Shown here: positions 1 to 11,129 of the stretch, piece after piece | How positions within the stretch are numbered: the stretch's first letter is position 1 | Layout: the number at the start of each line of letters is the position of its first letter | NCBI GenBank assembly: GCA_002269645.1 | Contig: NIVC01001987.1 | Location: forward strand, 62,001 to 126,000 | Reading direction: 5' to 3' | Source: Macrostomum lignano | Lineage: Eukaryota | Length of the DNA stretch: 64,000 bases | The notes under the pieces: model-generated | What the model saw: only the letters and a program-made list of their open reading frames with translations | The model's database searches: none | Told to the model about the DNA's origin: nothing | Position numbers and translations under genes: made by a program

Positions 1-303
1 GAAGGAGGCGGGCTCTCTGAAGGAGGCGAGCTCTCTAAAGAAAATGGGCTCTCTGAAGGAGGCGGGCTCTCTGAAGGAGGCGGGCTCTCTGAAGAAGGTG
101 GGCTCTCTGAAGGAGGCGGGCTCTCTGAAGGAGGCGGGCTCTCTGAAGGAGGCGGGCTCTCTGAAGGAGGCGGGCTCTCTGAAGGAGGCGGGCTCTCTGG
201 AGATGGGCTCTCTGAAGGAGGCGGGCTCTCTGAAGGAGGCGGGCCCTCTGAAGGAGGCGGGCTCTCTGAAGGAGGCGAGCTCTCTGAAGTAAGGTGGGCT
301 CTC
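1..303. repeat. 18-bp minisatellite (GAAGGAGGCGGGCTCTCT)n upstream of IDH3A
   Basis: About 16 near-identical 18-bp units read directly; source of the LKEAGS and LLQRAR repeat ORFs. Confidence 0.95.
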
Positions 304-409
304 TGTGGCGACTGGCTCCATAAAGTGGCCAGCGGGAATTTTGTGCATTATAGGGCCAACTGCTTTGTCTCACCCGCATCTATCGCAGCTCTGCCAGCCC
401 AGCTACAAA

Positions 410-1796
410 ATGCCCAGCCACCAGCTGTTACTCCAGTTGATGAAGCGGCCCAGTCTGCTGCTGCAGGCCAGTCGGGGTCTGTCAGCTGCCGCTGCTGGTG
501 GCACCCGCACCGTCACGCTGATTCCAGGTGACGGAATCGGGCCCGAGATCTCCAACTCTGTTAAGAAGATTTTCGCTGCTGCCAAGGTGAGAAGCAGATA
601 GAGAAAGGGCAATAGAAATATTTTCTTTGTCGTTTTTCTTGTGCACCCTGTGCCTGTGTTTGCCTGAAGTTATCTTTAATTCGCATCGTTGGAGCACACG
701 AATCGGACATGCCGCCCTCCTCCCCGCAGGTGCCAATCGTCTGGGACGAGGTCGATGTAACGCCGGTGAAGGGCCCGGACGGACAGTTCCGAATTCCGCA
801 GAAGGCCATCGACTCGGTGAACAAGCACGGCATCGGGCTGAAGGGTCCCCTGGCCACGCCTGTGGGCAAGGGCCACCGCTCCCTCAACCTGGCGCTGCGC
901 AAGGAGTTCAACCTGTACGCCAACGTGCGGCCCTGCCGCTCGCTGGAGGGCTACCCCACCCCCTACAAGAACGTCGACCTGGTGACCATCAGGGAGAACA
1001 CCGAGGGCGAGTACTCCGGCATCGAGCACATCATCGTTGACGGCGTGGTGCAGAGCATCAAGCTCATAACGGAGACGGCCTCGCGCCGCGTGGCCAAGTT
1101 CGCCTTTGAGTTCGCGCTCCGCGAAGGCCGCCGCAAGGTGACGGCGGTGCACAAGGCCAACATCATGCGGCTCAGCGACGGCCTGTTTTTGAAGTGCTGC
1201 CGCGAGGAGGCGCACAAGCATCCCGGGGTTGAGTTTGCCGAGGCCTACCTGGACACCGTCTGCCTCAACATGGTGCAGGTGAGGTCATGGGTTTTCTTCA
1301 TGGGTATTCCTGCTGTTGCTTAATAGGTATGGGTTTTATTGCTTATGCACGAGTATGCCGAGGGTCCTACACCTGGTTCTGCTGCTGCTAGTGAACCCAA
1401 TGCCTTCAACATTGAACCGGAACCCCGCAGGACCCGACCCAGTTCGACGTTCTGGTAATGCCCAATCTGTACGGCGACATCCTCAGCGACCTGTGCGCCG
1501 GCCTGGTGGGCGGCCTCGGCGTCACCCCCAGCGGCAACATCGGGGAAAGCGGCGCCATCTTCGAGTCTGTCCACGGCACTGCGCCTGACATCGCGGGCAA
1601 GGACCTGGCCAACCCCACTGCCCTGCTGCTGTCAGGCGTCATGATGCTCCGCCACATGCAGCTGGGCGAGTTCGCCGACCGCATCGAGAAGGCCTGTCTG
1701 GACAGCATTGGTGACGGGCGCGCCCGCACCAAGGATCTGGGCGGCGGCGCCACCTGCTCCCAGTTCACCGACACCATCTGCTCCAGGGTGGCCTGA
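410..1796 (+). CDS. IDH3A: NAD-dependent isocitrate dehydrogenase 3 alpha subunit, 3 exons, ~363 aa
   Basis: Exons 410-586, 730-1278, 1431-1796 with GT-AG junctions join in frame (1092 nt). Motifs [70 protein letters not shown]; N-terminus resembles a mitochondrial presequence. Confidence 0.96.
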
Positions 1797-2044
1797 GGCA
1801 CCGGCGATTTGAGTGTTTCGGGGGAGCGGCTTCGACTGTGGCTGGGCAGCTGTGGGACTGTGGGCTCGAATTCATGCGTTTGACACCTCACATAGCGATA
1901 GAGTCTTTGTATATTTGCTCTACTTTTGCTTTTATGTGGGATTTTGTGTGAAGCCTGTTTTGATTTTTATTTTGCTGCGATATAAACTCGCATTGGGGCT
2001 GTCGCTGTGCGGAGCTTAATTGAAGCATAGGGTGAATCAAAATC

Positions 2045-2362
2045 AGTGGTGAGTGAACTGCAGTAAAGTAGTGAATCACACTTTGTGGTGAATGAATTGC
2101 AGTAAAGTAGTGAATCACACTTTTTGGTGAATGAATTGCAGTTAAAGTAGTGAATCACACTTTGTGGTGAATGAATTGCAGTAAAGTAGTGAATCACACT
2201 TTGTGGTGAATGAATTGCAGTAAAGTAGTGAATCACACTTTGTGGTGAATGAATGAATTGCAGTAAAGTAGTGAATCACACTTTGTGGTGAATGAATTGC
2301 AGTAAAGTAGTGAATCACACTTTGTGGTGAATGAATGAATTGCAGTAAAGTAGTGAGTGAAT
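2045..2362. repeat. 39-43-bp minisatellite downstream of IDH3A
   Basis: Unit GAATTGCAGTAAAGTAGTGAATCACACTTTGTGGTGAAT repeated about 8 times. Confidence 0.93.
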
Positions 2363-2963
2363 CACTTATTAAACTGCTGCCAAGCGGACTGTTACATTGT
2401 TTAGTTAGCTAAGCTGAGCCAGGGCAAATCTTTACGGTATTTGTGGTCCTTGTTTCAAATTTGTAGAAGCCAAACTCCTCACAATGTCGCTCTGTACCCT
2501 CTGAATCTGTTTTTCTTAAAACTTTACTGAACCACCATCGCAGAGCAGCCTCCTAAGCGCCTCATCTGTGAATTAATTGCTTATGAGAAGCAAGAATGCC
2601 TTTTGCAACTTCATTCTCAGTACTAAACTATTGTTAGTACGAGTCAATCTCTTGTCCTGCCGAGCCTTCAGCGGGATCAGGTGACAAAAGCATTGAAGTA
2701 TTTCAGACCTCTGCGACCTCTCCCCCATCATCCTGCTACTGCGGACACTGCGGACAGCTCCTGCAACTAACTGGGATGCTGTCTGGAGTGTATCTCGTTT
2801 GGCTTAGTAATTTTTCAATAAATACGAAATCTTATCCAAATTTAGCGATAATATAAATGCTATTTCTTAGCTGCAGCCCTAGTTGGATTTGTTTAGCAGA
2901 AGTCTTAGACTTGTCTTTTTATTTCTTCAATAATGATGTAGGGCTGCATTCGAGCATGAAAAC

Positions 2964-3870
2964 ATGTCCACTGCATCTGCAATGTCCACCTCATCTGCAA
3001 TGTCCACCACATCTGCTATATCCATCTCATTTGCAATGTCCACCACATCTGCTATATCCATCTCATTTGCAATGTCCACCACATCTGCTATATCCATCTC
3101 ATTTGCAATGTCCACCACATCTGCTATATCCATCTCATTTGCAATGTCGACCTCATCTGCTATATCCACCTCATCTGCAATGTCCACCACATCTGCTATA
3201 TCCACCTCATCTGCAATGTCCACCACATCTGCTATATCCACCTCATCTGCAATGTCCACCACATCTGCTATATCCACCTCATCTGCAATGTCCACCACAT
3301 CTGCTATATCCACCTCATCTGCAATGTCCACCTCATCTGCTATATCCATCTCATTTGCAATGTCCACCTCATCTGCTATATCCATCTCATTTGCAATGTC
3401 CACCTCATCTGCTGTATCCACGACATCTGTGTCCACCACATCTGCTATATCCATCTCATTTGCAATGTCCACCTCATCTGCTATATCCACCTCATCTGCA
3501 ATGTCCACCACATCTGCTATATCCATCTCATTTGCAATGTCCACCTCATCTGCTATATCCACCTTATCTGCAATGTCCACCTCATCTGCTATATCCATCT
3601 CATCTGCAATGTCCACCTCATCTGCTATATCCATCTCATTTGCAATGTCCACCTCATCTGCTGTATCCACGACATCTGTGTCCACCACATCTATGTCTGC
3701 AATGTCCACTGCATCCACCGCATGTGCAATGTCTACTGCATCCACCTAATCTACTATGTCCACGACATCTGTGTCCACCACATCTATGCCTGCAATGTCC
3801 ACTGCATCCACCGCATGTACAATGTCTACCCCATCCACCCGTCGCATGCGAGCATCCGCAATGTCCACTC
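2964..3870 (+). repeat. 18-bp-based minisatellite (ATGTCCACCACATCTGCT / ATATCCACCTCATCTGCA) running into the DM9 start
   Basis: Read directly; units contain GCAATGTCCAC, the same context as the DM9 ATG at 3861. Confidence 0.93.
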
Positions 3871-4514
3871 CAGGCCAACCGCCAAGCTACGAGTCCAGCG
3901 GTGACTGCAAGAAAGCTCCACCGCTAGACTCGTCCCCATCAAAGCAGGCGCAGTTCGGCGTGGGCCGCCGCAATCAGCTGTACCTGAGCTGGGTGCCGGT
4001 AGCCCGAGGTGGCCGGATTCCCGACCGCGCCATCGAGGGCCGCGACTCCGCCGGCACCTTCGTGGCCAGGGCGCACCATGGCTACCACATGCTGCCTGGC
4101 AAGGTGAGATGACTTTGAGATGACTGAGGGCAGCAGTCTGCAGCCAGTGTTGAATCCGACCGCAAAGCATTGCGCCACCGCTTTCAGGCCGCCCGCGGGC
4201 ACAAGTGCTGCCACGCTTCGCACGCCGGCTCCGAGCTCTCGTTCCCCGAGTACGAGGTGCTCTGCGACTCCTCCATCGACTCCTTCGGTCACGTGGCGTT
4301 CGACTGGCAGCCTTCCGACGGCTCCGGGCCTCCGCCGTCTGGCGCCATCGCCGGAGGCTGCAGCGACACCGGAGAGCCGCTCTTCATTGCCAGGGGCGCC
4401 GTGAACGGCAGCCGGGTCTACGGCTATTTCGCCGAGTCATTCAAGGCCGCTTCCTTCCCCTGGGGCGGCAAGGAGCACCGCAGCAACGACTTTGAGCTGC
4501 TGGTGCTGCGCTGA
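3861..4514 (+). CDS. DM9-repeat (DUF3421, natterin-like) lectin-type protein, 2 exons, ~189 aa
   Basis: Exons 3861-4103 (AAG|GT) and 4188-4514 (CAG|GCC) join in frame. Two DM9-like repeats: WVPVARGGRIPDRAIEG..FVARA..LPGK and WQPSDG..PSGAIAGG..GEPLFIAR..PWGGKE..FELL. The start codon is inferred. Confidence 0.8.
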
Positions 4515-5599
4515 GCCCTGGCTGAGCACCTGGCTGAGCACCTGTCAGGGCCATGCGAAGGTCAACGCTGAATCTCCGAGTCTGACATTCTTCTGATATT
4601 TTTGTTTCTAAGAAATGGAGGTTTCTGATAGCCAACCCCGCCTAAGTCTGTCTTTTAGTGGTGAGCCACACCAGGCTGATGTGGCTTCTGTAATTTTTGC
4701 TGTTTTTTTTCTATTTTAATCTTGAGGTGGAAAGCCCAGCTTGTCCGTGAAAATTTTCTCAGTTTTATGGCACTAGAAGTTTAGAGTATTGCACTACGTC
4801 TATCTTGCGTGCTTAGCCCAGACTAATTATGCTTATTTCCCTCGCATCCGGTGTTGACGCCAGTCAGCAAATCCCGAGTCCACTCTTTACTGATCTGTTA
4901 TTTATTTTTGTTTATTCGAAGAACAAACAGGTTATATATATATCAATGTGCTACTGTCAGTAATGTGCAAAGAACAGCATATTTGTTATAAAAATTACTG
5001 AGAAAGCCACTAGCGAATTGACAGTAAAAGGCAGGAGAAATGGCATAAAAAAGACGGCAAACTTTTCAGTACTGGTAGGTATGGCAGTTTTACTGTACTT
5101 TGTGACCGCTACAGGCTCTGCTAGCTACTCGTAGATGCGAGTACAAGGTATTCGTGGGGTAAAATGTCTGATTGCTCTTCGTCAGGTAGTTTGAGATCAC
5201 GTGTAGTAATAGCACAAGTAGAAACGGTGTATTATATATATGTTGCTAATATTATAAAACTATAAAATGAGTTGTCATTTTATCATCAGTAAAAACTGAA
5301 CATGTGGAGTAAATAGACTTGATTGTTGGAATTTTGTTATTTTACCTGAATCGGGTGGGCATTTTTCGGCATACAGAATAGAAACTAGCTGTCTCATTTG
5401 CTATGTTGAAAAGGGTATTTTTATTACTACAAAATTAAAGAACTTGGAAACCTATAAAAGCATAAGGCGAGTTTATAACATGCATTGATAAATGATTGCT
5501 ATTGCTGTTTAAAGGAAGTTATAAAAGAGAAACTTATTAGAGCAGAGACCTGTCAGTCATATTCAACACTCGAGTGAATCTATTGGAGTGAGCAGCTGC

Positions 5600-7140
5600 T
5601 CAGAACAGAGCCGCCAGACTCAGCAGCAGCGGCAGCCCCATCAGCTGCAGGCCGCCCCGCAGTGAGGCAGCCGTGTTGCAGTTCTGGCGGCCGCGGCAGT
5701 GGCAGTAGGTCACCTTGATCTTCTTGGTGCCGACCCGGTCAACGCAGCCCTGGACGCTGTCGGACACCAGGTTGGTGCACTGCCTGCTGACGTAGACCCG
5801 GCCTTGCACTGGAATGCAGGGGAATTGCTGTCTTCTGCCGCTTTTAAAACGGATATCAATTCATAGGATTCGGTTTTATGGATTTCTGACACTTATGCGG
5901 CATGCGCCCGAAACCCAATAGAGCAGCAGGGCAGTAGAAGAGCTTCGCAAGTTCATCCGGATATTTGCAGCAAGGCTCATGTCGATCAAGGCTTGGAAAT
6001 ACTAAAATACCTGTCATTTTTTTGCCCTGAAATACGAAAATCCAAAGTTTGCGAGAAATCGTTGAGTTTTGGATGCCTCCGACTCGCTGTGTCTTCAAGC
6101 CTTCATGTACTTCTGCTGCCTAAAGTGCGAGAGTTGGCGAAGCATTGCCCCACTTTATTTTGTGCATGTAATTATTGGCTATTTTTAGCCCTAAGTTTTC
6201 TTGGCATCTGAGGCAGTCATGTGACCCAGATTTGCTGCGTAATTAGTGAATGCGATGACTGGCTTGCGTTGCAAAGTGCGAAATCCCCTTCACCTTGCTG
6301 CACCATCTTCCTGCAGCCCACTGCCTGGCTCTTGTCAATGCGCGGATCCTCGTAGCAATTCTTGCTGTGGCTGAACTCGTCCCACGGCTCACAGTTGGCA
6401 TCCAGCATGTCGTCGCAGACAATGCAGTGAAAACTTTGGGCTCCTTTCGGCTTCGTGGCGTTTACGATGGCCCGGGGCTGAACCTCCAGCTTCTTGTCCG
6501 AGCCCTCGATCGTGTCGACGGAGAAGTCCTGGCCTGCCGAGGCGAGGCGTTTTGTGGCGTGTGAGACGGGGTGTTTTGAGGCGTGTGAGAGGCGGTGTTT
6601 TGAGGCGTGTGAGACGGGGTGGTTTGTGGCGTGTGAGACGGGGTGGTTTGAGGCGTGTTAGACGGGGTGTTTTGAGGCGTGTGAGACGGGGTGTTTTGAG
6701 GCGTGTTAAATGGGGTGTTTTGAGGCGTGTGAAACGGGGTGTTTTGAGGCGTGTTAGACGGGGTGTTTTGAGGCGTGTTAGACGGGGTGTTTTGAGGCGT
6801 GTGAGACGGCATGTTTTGTGGCGTGTGAGACGGGACATTTGGTGTGCAATGCTAAATCACTAGGGCGTATTGCATCTAGACAATTTGAAGCGTTTTTGTG
6901 ATTCCCGCAGACGGGGAACTCAAGCACGGTGCTTCTGGTATTGAAGCGTTAATATGAGGGTACCATAGTATTTGGTGTTAGGCGGTGTTAGCGCGTTCTA
7001 AGTTGGGTTTAGAGTTAGTGCTGGAGTTTAGTCAAAAACAACAAGCTGAACTCACAGTTGCCACAGCCGAGCTGCAGCAGAAGCAGCAGCGGCAGGCCAA
7101 AAAGCAGACGCTGGAATTGAGCACAATCCGTGAGTCTCAT
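5600..7140 (-). CDS. Ly6/uPAR three-finger, quiver/sleepless-like GPI-anchored protein, 3 exons, ~177 aa
   Basis: Exons 7140-7056, 6533-6294, 5808-5600 (phases 1,1; 534 nt). Signal peptide MRLTDCAQFQRLLFGLPLLLLLQLGC, Cys pattern CIVC..C..C..GCRKM..RQC..C..YCHC..NCN, hydrophobic GPI-type tail GLPLLLSLAALF. Confidence 0.85.
6547..6836. repeat. 24-bp minisatellite in Ly6 gene intron 1
   Basis: About 12 units of GGCGTGTGAGACGGGGTGTTTTGA, ending at the splice acceptor. Confidence 0.93.
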
Positions 7141-7994
7141 TTCTGACAGTGAAATTCGGTATTTAAAGTGGCCAAGTCATCAGCAATTCAATGCAGATGA
7201 TTTCACCCGAACGCAGCTAGCAACAGTAATCTGGGTTAGGAATTGCGGCCGGACCCCCGCAACTCTGCAGCTCTCTATAATGCCCGCCCAGCACTGCATG
7301 ATGGATGGAAGGCCGTGAGGACGCCAGGCTGCCCGCATTCACCGCCACCCAGATCCCCAAGTGTACGCAGCGGGTGTACACTGGCTGAACCCTTCATTCT
7401 GAATCACTCAGCCTCAAAGCCAGGCCTAATTAGTTAGCGCTGGGAAGAGAAATCGATGCCTGTGCTGCCTCATGCCAACTTTCCTGCCCCAGGCCGGGGG
7501 AGGCGGAAACTGCAGTCTGAGGCCAAGTTTTATGGCTTTCTTTGTGCAGGGCTGGGTTTATGGCCAGATCATGGCCCCGCTCTGCACTGCAAAGCCTGGA
7601 GCCGCAGATAGGCGTCAGCAGGCCTGCACCCGAGATGAATAGCAGGGGTTGAGCGTGACTATCGAGTGATTTCCCAATAAATTCGTCAAGCTGCAGTGAA
7701 TCGCAATTGGATATTATTGTAGAGTTTCGAAATTTCGCTGGGATAAAAATTAATTCATGCGATTTTCAAAGCCTCAGTCTAAGATTGATCTTATAATTAA
7801 TGAAAATAAAGCACATACTGGATAAGCATTGATGGAGCATTGGAACTCATCATATATATGCTTAATCTAAATAAAATTATGAAAATAAGGTAAATGAAAT
7901 TCCACCACTGCGACAGGAATTCAGAGCCACCTTAACTTTGGAAAATTCTAAACTTTGGTTAAATTGATTCTAGTAAATCAAAATTCTAAATGGA

Positions 7995-8205
7995 TTCCAC
8001 TCCTCTCATTCACTCACTCATCAATTCACTCACACGATCTACTCCTCTCATTCACTCACTCATCAATTCACTCACACGATCTACTCCTCTCATTCACTCA
8101 CTCATCAATTCACTCACACGATCTACTCCTCTCATTCACTCACTCATCAATTCACTCACACGATCTACTCCTCTCATTCACTCACTCATCAATTCACCAA
8201 CACGA
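7995..8205. repeat. 42-bp minisatellite between the divergent Ly6 and arrestin genes
   Basis: About 5 copies of CTACTCCTCTCATTCACTCACTCATCAATTCACTCACACGAT. Confidence 0.93.
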
Positions 8206-8791
8206 TCTACCAGTTACCGCACATCATCCGTCAGAAATCCATTGAACAGGCAATTCCATAGAAGATCTGCACCGCCACGCGTTCCTCAACTAAGTGCGAA
8301 TTCGCACCGCAACTCGTGATGCCTCACGCAACCGGGGCCAGCGCAGCAATAATTAAAACTCTTATCATAAAAAATAAACTCAGTCAAAGAGAGAGAAGCG
8401 CAGAGCATTCATTCGCAAAGCAGAAGCAGAAGCAGGGAAGCAGCAGCAGCAGAGGCCTGGGTCGCATCGAGTTGTTCAGTCACGCAACTGCAGCACCGCC
8501 ACCAGATCAGATGTCGAGCTTGCAGTCGGCAGTTGGGTTTCTCCCCACAACTTGGGTGCTGCTGCTTCGCGAGGTGCTGCAGATCAGAGTTCGGGATTAG
8601 CCGATGGAGGCATCGAAACGTCTGTCAAAGTGATCACAGGTGTGGCAGGTGGGGCATGTGAGGCAGCAGCCCGGAAGAAACTCGACACCAGGAGGAGCTT
8701 TGCTATAAAATTGGGGCGCGCTCTGCTGCTCACAGGAGCAGAAGAAATCTCCCCAGCAGCCCGGCAGCCCGCAGCAGCAGAAGCAGCCACA

Positions 8792-11129
8792 ATGTCGGGC
8801 CGGCCGATATTCAAAAAGAGCAGCTCGAACAGCCGCCTGACCTGCTACCTGGGCAAGCGGGACTACTTCGACGATCTGGCCACCATGGACCTGATCGATG
8901 GGGCGGTGCTGGTGGACCCCGGGATCGGGCCGGACAAGAAGGTGTTCGCGCACATCAAGTGCGAGTACCGGTACGGCCGGGGCGACATGGACAATGTCAT
9001 GAACGGCGTCTCGTTCAAGAAGGACTTCTTCTTCGCCGCCACGCAGGTCTACCCGAGTGAGACGCCAGCCAAGAAGCTCACGCCGCTGCAGGTTCGTCCA
9101 CAAGGCCTTGGCGCTGATTGAGCGTAGATGTATTTTTTGCTATGGTGGCAAGATTCCTTAGATCCCAGACCTGACCGCAATGTTTTGCTATGGGGGCAAG
9201 AGTCCCCAGATCCCAGACCTGACCGCAATGTTTTCCTATGGGGGCAAGAGTCCCCAGATCCCAGACCTGACCGCAATGTTTTCCTATGGGGGCAAGAGTC
9301 CCCAGATCCCAGACCTGACCGCAATGTTTTGTGCCAATTTGGTGCCATCGCAGATCAGCAGTATTCTCAAATATCAGGGACCCTTGCCTCCCTCCGCCCC
9401 CTGTTCCGCGGCCCCGCAACCTGCAACTTTGTGGCTTGGGTGACCCTGGGAATAGGGAGAACAATGGGAGAGATGAGAATGAGCGCTTTAAACCTGAGCT
9501 CACCGCAGTCATCAACTTCACTCCCGTCCGCCGCAGTCGAGCCTGCTGTCGAAGTTCTCGAACGCGCATCCGTTCAGCTTCCAGCTGCCGCACGACATCC
9601 CGCCGTCGCTGATGATCCAGAGCACGGCGGTGTCGGACGGCTCGCAGGAGGAGGAGCCCTGCGGAGTCGAATACTACGTGCAGGTGTTCGTTGCTAGGCG
9701 CAAAGACGACCAGCCGCAGGGCCACTCGTCCGTGAAGATGGCCATCCGGCGGCTGACCTGCGTGTCCCCAAAGCCCGGAGAGGTCGGCAGGCCGTTGGCG
9801 GAGATCAACAAGGCCTTCCACCTACACTCCGGCAGCGTGCGGCTAGAGGTCTCGCTGGCCAAGGAGCTGCACCACCACGGCGAGCCAGTGCTGGTCAGCG
9901 TGGTGATCGACAACTACTCAAGCAACGTGGTGAAGGGCCTCAGCCTGAAGCTGCTGCAGCTCATCGAGATCACGCTGTTCAAGGAGAAGGCCATTAAGAA
10001 CGTCATCTGCAGCGAGTCGGTGGAGAAGGGCTTTCCGCTGGCCCCTGGACAGGCTGGCTGGTGCGAGACGTTCAAGCTGCGGCCCAACCTGGCTGACAAC
10101 CGCAACAAGGTGCGGGAGCTGCCCCACCTGCTTTATAGAGTGGGGGGTTACAGGTGCTTTGCAGGTCTCTGATCTGCCACTGTGCCTTCATATCCGTTGT
10201 TTTCAACCTAATTTCTACATGAGAACCAGTGCGGCAGTTGAAAATCATGCTGCACAAGGCTGCTTGGAAGTCCTTTAGACGGGTATTAGCTTTTACGTGC
10301 GAGCGTATATGTAGCATGATGTACTGCATCATATCCGCTTTCAGCTCAAGTACATTTAGTGCTTTTGTTTGAAATTTCCCCACCCCTCCCAAATATCCTC
10401 AACCCGGAAAGGCTGGTGTGGCTCTGGACGGGAAGATGAAGTACCAGGACACGAACCTGGCCAGCTCCACCCTCATCCGGGACTTCCGCAACAAGGAGAA
10501 CATTGGCATCATCGTGCAATATGTGGTGAGTTGACGGGAGACGCGGATTTAATTTAATCAGCTTATAATCGTATTGCAGACTTTTTTATTAGAACGCCGT
10601 GCTGCAAACTAACAGATTAATGAGGCTGGGTTTCTTTTGTGTTTCTGTAAAAGATGCGCTGTTTTTATAGAGGCCAGAGTGCAGCGGTAGTTTTGCTTTT
10701 TTCATGGAGTTCGATTTCGCATTGCGGATACATTAGTCTGATAAGTAGAGTGAGTACAACACTGTGTGCGCTGCCCAGCGATGAGGGAAAGTCAGGGCAG
10801 GTGCACATAGTTTGAGTCTTGTTTGAGTGTGCGTGCGCTGCGGTTGTAGCGTAGGAATGTGCGCCTGAAGTTGCGCCAGCACAGCCGCATGCAAACTGAC
10901 GACTTCCCGCTCACCCCTGAGCTGCCCCTCCCCCCGTCCGCAGGTGAAGGCCCGAGTGTTCACCGGATTCGGCGGCCGGGACGCGGTGCTGGAGGTGCCG
11001 CTGATCCTCAGCCATCCGAAGCCCGTCGACGGCTCCAGCGAGGCCAAAAAGTCGGACGACGTCGTTTTTGAGCACTTCGCCCGGCTCAAGGTTGCCAAGC
11101 AGGACACCATTGCGGAGGCGCTGGACTGA
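8792..11129 (+). CDS. Arrestin (beta/visual arrestin family), 4 exons, ~390 aa
   Basis: Exons 8792-9091, 9537-10109, 10412-10525, 10944-11129 join in frame. Motifs [58 protein letters not shown]. Confidence 0.93.
9160..9328. repeat. 48-bp minisatellite in arrestin intron 1
   Basis: About 3.5 copies containing CCAGATCCCAGACCTGACCGCAATGTTTT. Confidence 0.9.

Noticed and set aside
8552-8791. 80-codon in-frame extension upstream of the arrestin ATG
   Set aside because: It begins at TTG and is low-complexity; arrestin homology starts at the ATG at 8792.
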